From IMG/VR virus record IMGVR_UViG_3300020457_000045, positions 1 through 31,866 of that record: DNA of 31,866 nucleotides; one strand, 5' to 3'. The notes under the pieces are model-generated. The model was not told where the DNA came from, searched no databases, and saw only the letters and a program-made list of their open reading frames with translations. The DNA is from a virus. Taxonomy: Duplodnaviria; Caudoviricetes. How positions within the stretch are numbered: the first letter of the stretch is position 1; each line of letters begins with the position of its first letter. The position numbers and the translations under genes were made by a program. Below, piece after piece: positions 29,701-31,866 of this stretch.

Positions 29701-31864
29701 CCATTCCGATGATTAATGCTCTATTCTTCTGAATTAACCTGTATGCGTCTTTAAATCGACTCCATGGGTTAGTAATAACGTCAGATGGGAAATAGTAGTC
29801 TTCAAACTGTATTGCAATACTTGCTTCAGCAAAATCAATGATTTCTTGCTTATTATTGGCAATATTGCGTTTTCCATCTAAGAATCTGTTTGCAGCGATT
29901 CCATGATAAGAAGAAACTGGATTTCCGTAAATAACCTTCTTATTTCGGATAATTTCGCCTTCTGCAAGAGTACCACCAGTAAGTTGAGAATATGTAATCT
30001 CAGTAGTCCTTACTTCTTCAAAATCAAGGAAATCAGCATTAATTCTGTTTGCAGAGTCGTAAAGCTTAGTAGGAGTAATAGATGATTGTGAAATGTCGTC
30101 TAAGATGACATTAGGGTTAGTTAGACTAACTAAACGCTCAAATAGTAATCCGAAGAAGGTAGATCCTCTGTTAATGATCAATTCATCAACAGGGTCACCA
30201 GTTACAGGATCTGTGTAAGGTGCGATGTATGTAATCTGGCCTGCAATCTTAGATGAGGCAGAATAAATGTATTCATTGAGTTTAAGGTCAAAGATACCAG
30301 TTTCAAACCTAGGAGTACCTGAAGTCTTACTTACAACGACTCTATCAGTAACAGTACCTTGAGGATCGATATTAGTTTCTTCAATATAAGCAGTGTCACC
30401 ATCAAGGTTAGTAATTGCTTCTCCAAACTCAAAGATAGTATCTGAGTTGATTAGAGTAACAGATTCTACTAATGCAGCGAATATCTCACCTCTTACAATT
30501 TGCTCGTTAAGATCAAATGTACCACCAGTTACATTGATAACATCTAAGTGGTTAGTACCTGAATCAATAACGGTAGCAATAGTATCAGTAGTCTCACCCT
30601 GTATTTGCATACCTAGGGTTGGGAAGATACCATAGTTTGCAGTACCACCAGATTGATAAAGTGCAATTCTGTAGATAGGTGTAGGAGTAACTCCTAAGAT
30701 TCTATAGTTAACTTTAGAAGGTGGTTTAGGTGGCTCAGCAAATACTAGATTACCACCAACGATTGTGAATGATTCACCAGGAGACTGGATAACACCGTTA
30801 AGAGTTATCATCAACTGATCTTGTTTAACAATTACCTGCTCACCCTCAACAGTAATTGGGAATTGCTTATCAATACCGTTAAACTGATTTGAGATATCAT
30901 CAAGTTTCTTAACGATAGAAGTTAAGATTTCCTCAGATGAAGTTAGACGTTTCTTACGGAAAAGAACCTCAGTATTGTTGTAGTCAGTATAGATTGGTTG
31001 AGCAGCACCGAATGATGTAATCTGGTTTACATTACTATAGTTTTGTATGTTAACCTTCTTAGTAAACTCAGTACCAATTCTACGTCCAGATACGTCCTTA
31101 CCACCAGTAAGTTGTAACTGACCAAACATATTGAAACCAGCAGGGTGGTTATTTTCTAATACCTGTGCCTTCCACTCTGTAATAGGAATCTGTGATTGTA
31201 CAACGTATGAGAAGTTCTGATAGAAGAAACTATCCTGAATCTTCTGGACAATTTCAGATGGTTTACCAACGTCATCAATAAATCGGCCTGGTGTCTTCGT
31301 TAGGGAGCCGATATTTAACACACCACGTGCTATCGAGAAGTTATCGATAATACCAGATGCCTTAGATATTTCACCTTGGACTCTCTCACCTTTTGCCCAA
31401 TCACCAGTGTAATCTACAACCTTAAGAATCTTAGGACCAATCTGCCAACCTGTGTTAGTAGAAACCTTACCAATAGCAGTCTGTGTCTCTATTGAAGATC
31501 CTTGATATACTGTCTCTCCTTCTAAGAAACGAGATGTTTCAACAACAGCAGTTGCTTTACCACCGAATACCTCAGTTAGAAGTGTCTGTCTACCAGATCC
31601 TTGAGTTAGGAAGGTAACGTAAGAACCTGCTTGTGCTGCTTGTAAAGTAAGACCAAATCTTAATTGGTCAGGCTCCATACCTGCTGCTTCACCAGCAATA
31701 GCATAGTATGTCTGTCCAGCAACCAAACTGGTTAAACCTGCGGTACTTGGTTTTGGTAATTCACCAGTTGTTGATCCAATATCATCAGAACGGAATTGGA
31801 CTTCTGCACCAGTGGTTATACCATGTGGGAAGTTAAACTGTAGATAGTTAAGGTCTAAGTTAAC
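11744..31864 (-). CDS. gp7: giant gp7-like baseplate wedge initiator / multidomain virion protein, 5' end beyond the right edge (over 6,706 aa)
   Basis: The track start at 31726 is an internal TTG. The frame stays open to the edge (VNLDLNYLQFNFPHGITTGAEVQFRSDDIGSTTGELPKPSTAGLTS-LVAGQTYY). It contains KIQDSFFYQNFSYVVQS...W...V...NHPAGFNMFG, the conserved core of cyanomyophage gp7-like proteins, and lies upstream of gp8. Confidence 0.8.
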   Translation of the reverse strand, partial: VNLDLNYLQFNFPHGITTGAEVQFRSDDIGSTTGELPKPSTAGLTSLVAGQTYYAIAGEAAGMEPDQLRFGLTLQAAQAGSYVTFLTQGSGRQTLLTEVFGGKATAVVETSRFLEGETVYQGSSIETQTAIGKVSTNTGWQIGPKILKVVDYTGDWAKGERVQGEISKASGIIDNFSIARGVLNIGSLTKTPGRFIDDVGKPSEIVQKIQDSFFYQNFSYVVQSQIPITEWKAQVLENNHPAGFNMFGQLQLTGGKDVSGRRIGTEFTKKVNIQNYSNVNQITSFGAAQPIYTDYNNTEVLFRKKRLTSSEEILTSIVKKLDDISNQFNGIDKQFPITVEGEQVIVKQDQLMITLNGVIQSPGESFTIVGGNLVFAEPPKPPSKVNYRILGVTPTPIYRIALYQSGGTANYGIFPTLGMQIQGETTDTIATVIDSGTNHLDVINVTGGTFDLNEQIVRGEIFAALVESVTLINSDTIFEFGEAITNLDGDTAYIEETNIDPQGTVTDRVVVSKTSGTPRFETGIFDLKLNEYIYSASSKIAGQITYIAPYTDPVTGDPVDELIINRGSTFFGLLFERLVSLTNPNVILDDISQSSITPTKLYDSANRINADFLDFEEVRTTEITYSQLTGGTLAEGEIIRNKKVIYGNPVSSYHGIAANRFLDGKRNIANNKQEIIDFAEASIAIQFEDYYFPSDVITNPWSRFKDAYRLIQKNRALIIGMAFDDMKTQYPSSSIPSDDKCKRDIGLFIDAITIDMYAGGNRYARKFIQQFFDTNGNLTYVNAQAAETRFAYEKAKDRCLVALANGYSGTINAVNSGDSWVAYQDLTITADPSPNDAYGTAGSNTSNTDSENCSDVQSALTTLWEFIDEALNISSLTELPDETEGTYSPHQEKCRRDLGYFIDAISEDVGSGGNYNIVEFTKKFFDDAGVPLTNGIVGEEAEAVWAFESAKTLMYSAINNLMYWKELNTAGYNLNDPTTYSGGVAPANTYDANYASGNNQDVNNCANVKSYIDTLSGIATTAMTAGNLTNVNALALVSDGTFVANETVRTTKLAYKDKSTGLFITNDQIKGITSNAVFSAVGVNSGLKWLFAGPITGTFQNGEYLTNSTLTNTNCSQSVIIKKAELEGNKSIYIPTNGHIVATESKDFEFGTGDFTIEGWIRPASNVGTQVLVDFRRLSAAQGLNILMDGQKLKVYNGTTNSILSTDVFATTGTWYHISVCRTSGVTQAYVNGSQVGSNYVDTNDYLYGGAYVGADFNLANSWAGHIDNFVIKKGVGDRQANFTSPNTVDYTDDKIVFGLNGEAPFVCSTTDTYATFCGQNSSSATAKSVDYAERDIIVEDVDTGRAEQKRCAEIIDLNAAWIAEEAVGRMKVAFPDFTIRGDDPGNNVYGGTNLCVRDTKDYILGALIKDLQEGGDFHTIYTARTYLTASGKLDHIAAEILQSLYTWNEVFKICIDVVTTTSTDLNGEYSTRLRIPNNFASPASSNTTDEINLLGSNLLKVVAPMDQRFREGGYQLWKNRDYIAEEVAGFIQNKYEKDIDGVVFDFLEMPGYGQPYCERDIKDFILPAVIADLATGGTYQTEAVIDKYLDSQQNVIHVEAELNPMLDAFEHTKLLCLKAINNLLLSSGEAASELGAIAPSYIQEEYYTPLYTARAAYRDENIVLDTEAYPQGPTGRNSNDRYLDAADVIWNNRRIIAKECVAIMNDLSKYENLQIPGGPVNCEDDVLDMIEAAVHDLRFDCNEKTYDAAALYIETEDNSLKHIEGEWEASITVVKILRDIMTLTMRNAFGRDYIEGTDLQTTPVQSYEQNPREVMYQKCGDAIDGNIRYIAEQAVAAGLVQFPNLLIPGGPANCVHDVTDILRSLAFNLKYGGNNWMQYAAEFYTTYNGALDHVTAQSTETIWIMNKAKEYAIRAMKGQVITNAAGHNVDQRFYDAVPRPNNSLFNSIADTGIIVAQPNSLVTRSFIAGEDKISTTDSGTGIVTDEDAVFRCVTKLPSNPIDCCLFEAGDSTSGTWFGIRDSGTYLRLRAGDGTNSYSGGANHNDNGLAMLDLQISNLSTYFDDGDHELVWEIRIGGNLGTGSGRVKLWIDGTPVGEASTPGANYTGLTGGGGIFASSNFAGYAIGGGSLVAGESAAINTFTVNVGPAPKIAYDISHAAYDSSNGDMVINIGSHNHTVGTFLSLATNSINFTCDQDNNASTHSYPRSGDPAGNAAVEVIAVGATAHTVEDASYNPENGSMSITLPNHGMTDSTMHTITDATYDPDTGLLVCQSPAHGFQTGDQIQIKNGSIIFTCAQDNHSTKHGYPRAKDPAGDAWMLVEAVTYNSFTVNVGQTPKIEYNVSDATYNQNDGELELDIGQHRFVGADMHVASHAEYVATKGLLTLTVPGHKITKGEQIQIFDNSMTFTCSMDNHYSEHVYPRSTDPCSGKWLDVVESDIPGGTFTVNVGESPTVGWNPTAASFNSTTGQLTLTVGSGHGLTQGTNIKIASQSLAFTCAMDDHASVHQYPRHVDPIHNEPTPIVGVTNDAIVVNVGKTPEQQYDVNGATFTPADGKLVLTTDRKTTLRQSSDHSISTASYNGQTGLMRLKITDHGFSAGDYVKVADGGVSFTCSMDNNATVHAYPRSTDPMSDKWMDIRNVSKDEFDIFVGRTPEIPFLVTAAEFTPVTGHMKITIGDHNLRNGQSIRFAKESLTFTCFLDAHQSLHPYPRSSGSNFSGNGGADPFYNKPCPIIHDGSPLTATTGTSYNPTTGIMSVTTDAAHGLSNGDEVKFKEGAVTFQCLEDNNGSNHPYPRATDPYANRWLAVSNVSTYTFDVQVLSYAPSTNTTTHTFVQGTVGGITKKDGTITLDVGQSSDTTDHTFIPHVGFTPESAVYNPTTGILNLTIDGHGFENGDKIKIDNNSLKFTCGLDNHATVHTYPRPSDPFSDNWFEVTNVTTQSFDVQVLVDIPQSNTTLHTFVGCTPNCVHRAAIVTGGIYDHTYSTSVANCVRHAGDSVRIKDNGLTFRCAADGNSSNHTYPRSAVTTHTPSHVDYDPNTGHLTFHVSNHGFLPYSYVKIADESLSFSCKKDISRHTPTAIDYNPTTGVAEITLGQYHGLTTNDMIQISPESLTFTCDFNGDGYTTQKKYPRATGAATSNGKDYAYNTYLPIDSVSADSVFVNFNGGQGAITDTSTHNFISADTECVTGIVVSAHLYPRATDPVAGKWVQIQDTTANSFNVEVLDVIPSTHVTTHNFLSATNNCITHKKDHFYDTNIPVWEIGETDHTPSTISYNPTEGSMQITVSNSFLGPNELTPTMCTFYPTTGILRLTQNGHNVKNGDMLMIRDSVLTFRCDKDSQATDHLYPRPSDPVSGKWLKAFNIGSNTYDLQVGNLYGDSPISNTTTHVCNNIQTGAIYHARDFVRFDENAITFTCSKDNNQTNHTYPRRSDPTYRQWLPIRNVSTTGFSVQVGKSAVNDVYDHQFVSVVSNSLHRQTGTVTLDVGNGQITNPTTHSFQSAVSGALVAGGQYAHTFIPGTETYTVTNANYLPATGIMTLTIPNHGFHDGESIKINNNSLTFRCLQDSLGSPHSYPRSSDPVSGKWITISNCTDDTFDVQVLENIPSTNTTLHQFESATPNGVTRAQVVTGGNYSHKFVAPAQLTPTNVAYNPTTGVMTITSAKHGLQNGGRIKVQDGFVTMTCTQDSNQTNHSYPRKNDPFSDEWMKVSNVTEDTFDVQVLFNIPSSNTSTHTFVSAVPKSITVATMMKGNDSIKIAANSLTFTCSKDGNSTEHVYPRITDPAYNNSLRIIDDGVTRHTPSGATYTPSTGVLALTVSKHGFSNGDFIKLDDYALHMNCTMDDNSSDHAYPRGTDPISGKWIQIENVTQDTFELNVGTTAAAQFTPTDASYDPYTGHLELNIGPHSLKQGQHVKLADGAVTFTCDMDQNGSQHAYPRTTIDSFTPTGADFNGETGYLTLTITNHGMDNGSLIKIADNALSLNCTMDGNTSTKTYPRSSDPISGKWKPVENATENTIDIFVGKSEFVSFDPQNVEYNASNGNMVITVGPDHGIEVNDSIYINEYSMTFTCAQDGHGSDHTYPRANGVGGATANDPAFRDAVNVTAVDDSTITVNVNSSPSGSSNHAHIFKPAVGKTPTNVTYSGASGVMTITIPDHGMLDGEQILIEDNALIFTCAKDDHATEHAYPRHGDPASGKWLTISNVTQDTFRVQVLDKVPSTNTSTHTFVTAKVNSILRGTIRKGGSFNHTFVSATGGGVTHKRDRAYDHSIEIKDVGHAEYTASGAAYNAETGVLTLTVLNNPFSNGNRIKLKPNSLTMSCDMDGNATNHSYPREGIDPAYDKWLEVSGVAGNNFNVQIGTTTRANYLVSDATYEPTTGDMTLKIGPHGYKGGSTHTITNADYDPIAGTLLVTVPAHGFTIGDRVKIGQDSLSFTCGMDGNTSTKTYPRTTDPQFNKWMPISDITYDTFKVNVGTSPQSTHNVTAANYNPTTGNMELTIGSHTLDVGDSIKIKPNSLTFTCDFNGDGNTTQKTYPRSSGASTANGKDYAYDTALPISAKTATTITVNVNGNQGAITDETTHNWAGGTAAGAVISGGGYAHTFMNAAPNGLKVAHESLWIENQSLVFKCLLDDNATEHFYPRANGQGNATADDPYYDTSIPIQSVTADSVVVNVGISSNTSQHTFVRSVNAFTPTGASFTPGSGELVLTIAGHPFVTGDKIQIKDESIVFRCQQDSFGSDHAYPRKQDPASNNTWLSVTYIDANSFSVNVGTSSNTTTHNFQSAATGAIIRGVVKGGGSYAHTFVSAADGGIMMENSTIKLDVGESRAKGYGVSAASYVPNTGLLTMTIGTHQLKVGNYVKIANKSMVFRCDQDSQNSDHWYPRPTGWGGASGNDPAYNNRVEITAVTADGITVDVGTSSNTTTHVFQNANNTYSTETASYNPATGFMTLSVPKDKKTASGAAYNPTSGTLELTIGSHSLTTDDTIRLLPNSLTFTCDYGGDGNVTTKTYPRAAGAATTSGADYAYNQELDITAVSGTTITVNVNGGQGAITDTTTHVFQSATANGILVGNGFINGEYVKIADNSLTFTCGKDNNITNHSYPRTSDPSSGRWLKISNVNCDLFDVQVLTDIPSTNTTVHTFVSANASNVQRSIVTVGGEYTHTFNSAATNGVTVGGNYTHTFADAKHNGLHRQSGKITVDVDVAATADLYDHTFVSAIAGAVIGGGSYRHTFVSADTNGVVKANDYVMFDDFSLAFTCDLDKDETPHTYPRPTDHASNQWLPVHNVSTTTFDVGVLGFNMIPSTFLGTHTFVSAKKKGLKKQDGTITINVGKSPAGNTYQHTFVSANGGALIQGGNYRHTFVSALSNCITVANDGTQLTPTDAYYEPTSGQLTLTVANHTLGTDDAVIIDSNSLTFTCSQDSNQTNHTYPRITDYADGQKLPVQHVKSWAWPTRSDLDYYRSRLVDPAYTGNESLNVENELTTLVNFATDAFTNPSNIANRSYTLPTVWPVKYTPDVVARDLTITYDVSGGGQDSNGNWVGTCNETASAINTIADIYINTISQAANNNQNYLVNSVTKTFPSAYTNTVYQSGTCYNVQSAIDTLFDSMSTTLGAGTYNNKIIANMILFNQQAIAGRAFSDTQASYPSTNLTIDFCNDVLKAVRYDLITGGNAGAFAMTQDWFDGEGNFIAFQDVIRSQILFALTRCREYIKSIMYLVGTDSVWDNYDVWQPAGRLEWNQEAVEFIIDSSLNPIEFALERSSFPTEARVTFVASTDAINRVTKYEVGWDYNTDPALVTLTPEVEVGFDRAEYRIRINRANNFRRGDVLSYIPASDTSLSGLTGQPFFYCLTATAEWFEIGASYIHDGRFRVLQVDTSNSGSQIMAVVQRSGITRNAPVFAIDPSDTPIQGGFNPADVIYGSVSGAESEIGRIQDNEATIRKIFTHYPITGMSTTSGGEYEVFLNGETVQVQGAGSNTGFVMQTKKSTDGTSLVKLQTIAGTINQNDVLEGQTSGATGTAGIPTDRFLLNVSRGAFATGDWFFSKASNTEGYIDNYVNKSGSLTGNTGGRITIDVETIDAQWDPGDVIYGSVTAYILSVKGITGTQIQLNQYIHGTAVYELDLGVAIVDIGTNDTFRVGDEVSLLQGTTEKNPGFKATVTKYINGLELENTDPNYGIHKLWVGNVVPVGTGETINAVTQGTNNIGKIDLGSNFPSIYANVTNVTTTTYSSYAKVVSIEQVGITAEIWVEDASGVFVDNMSVISDYGWGGAVSSARTLEGRVDRYFRGFDGQQTQFDLTISNGEAYFPDPAGHLLAFVNGILQPPGGNNSYVAFSDKIQFAEPPVIGSQFVGYYVGKLRQLDDISYEFDSLRSSFNLKRSGLFYSLTLTEGVSSNVIRPENNIIVSLNGVIQEPGLAYEIVGSRLIFAEVPRAGSTFVGFSYIGSDADVIAATVVPPIEAGDKLEIDGEEFAREVALIESSNSLITFEYTGSVKGRNAAAIAAITSGQITNANLTNSGDGYTSRPNVDVISSSGFDARIKALMGVTRIDVKTSGIGYALPTVAIDNEVPDSFTTPEGAPINGGFDVLAGEGSEYTGGAGDIDPGTIAISQDPVNVTVNQGYSAAFTVVSTVTNGQTMNYQWQKKEYGTQTWSNIIGANQATYNTPNTTQADDSDEYRVAITASGATPVYSLSAVLSVQTGATVLSNFLPTQIFDDI
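11804..12082 (-). other. C-terminal Ig-like domain of the giant protein
   Basis: TIAISQDPVNVTVNQGYSAAFTV...MNYQWQKKEYG...WSNIIGANQATY...DDSDEYRVAIT...SLSAVLSV. Confidence 0.8.
15548..25447 (-). repeat. 31 copies of a ~106-aa beta-rich domain (FTCxxD-x5-H-x-YPR-xx-DP ... HTFVSA), nested rather than tandem
   Basis: 31 YPR cores counted by hand in 3,300 aa. Each is matched by one opening motif (TPTxAxYxPxTGxLxLTIxxHG), one FxVxV strand and one closing HxF motif. Confidence 0.92.
25448..26035 (-). other. putative ConA/LamG-like beta-sandwich hosting the nested array
   Basis: CCLFEAG..GTWFGIRD..LRLRAG...DDGDHELVWEI...RVKLWIDGTPVG resembles the LamG pattern (DG.WH.v....v.lYvDG). It appears to finish after the array (SWAWPTRSDLDYYRSRLV). 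Confidence 0.5.
28007..28477 (-). other. LamG-like (ConA-like lectin/glucanase) domain
   Basis: DFEFGTGDFTIEGWIRP...GTWYHISVCRTSGVTQAYVNGSQVG...WAGHIDNFVIKKG...NFTSP. Confidence 0.85.
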
Positions 31865-31866
31865 AA

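Larger units (their letters stand above)
14588..29890 (-). repeat. seven dispersed or nested alpha-helical repeats (RF.DA..I..N..I...A...P....C.RD....I.A...DL..GGN ... C..V.SAI.TL)
   Basis: H1 29890-28781 (contains H2 29758-29252), H3 ~27826-27350, H4 from 27343, H5 from 26824, H6 from ~26422 (H4-H6 are completed at 15547-15041), H7 ~15040-14588. Confidence 0.85.

Noticed and set aside
6123-30635. Short ORFs inside gp8, the structural genes and the giant gene (e.g. 6123-6452, 12348-12746, 17041-17340, 25758-26063)
   Set aside because: Antisense or frame-shifted shadows of biased codon usage, with no independent evidence of expression.
11744-31864. Inteins or introns as the explanation for the giant size and insertions
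   Set aside because: I saw no Hint-type C/S...HN-C/S/T boundaries, no LAGLIDADG or HNH motifs and no frame interruptions. The inserts are copies of the structural domain itself.
1-31866. tRNA, rRNA, intrinsic terminators and mobile elements
   Set aside because: Intergenic gaps are only 1-34 nt and show no convincing hairpin plus U-tract or RNA-gene structure. No transposase or homing endonuclease ORF was seen.

Overview
Virion-structure (baseplate) region of a T4-like marine cyanomyophage, with Synechococcus/Prochlorococcus-phage gene content and order. All six genes I can support are on the minus strand. In transcription order they are: a giant gp7-like baseplate wedge initiator (over 6,700 aa, open past the right edge), a YHYH plus Ig-like protein, a gp9/gp10-headed fibre ending in a cupredoxin-like domain, a Gly-rich beta-repeat structural protein, gp8, and a VrlC/DUF4815-like protein (over 1,717 aa, runs off the left edge and is absent from the ORF track). 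Main observation: the central 3,300 aa of the giant protein is not a tandem array. It parses by hand, with no motif left unmatched, as 31 copies of a roughly 106-aa Cys/Asp/His beta-domain recursively inserted inside one another like balanced brackets, up to 10 levels deep, with a circularly permuted root. That array sits inside a lectin-like domain, which sits inside nested helical repeats resembling phycobiliproteins, including both chromophore-Cys positions. Family assignments come from motif recognition only; no searches were run.
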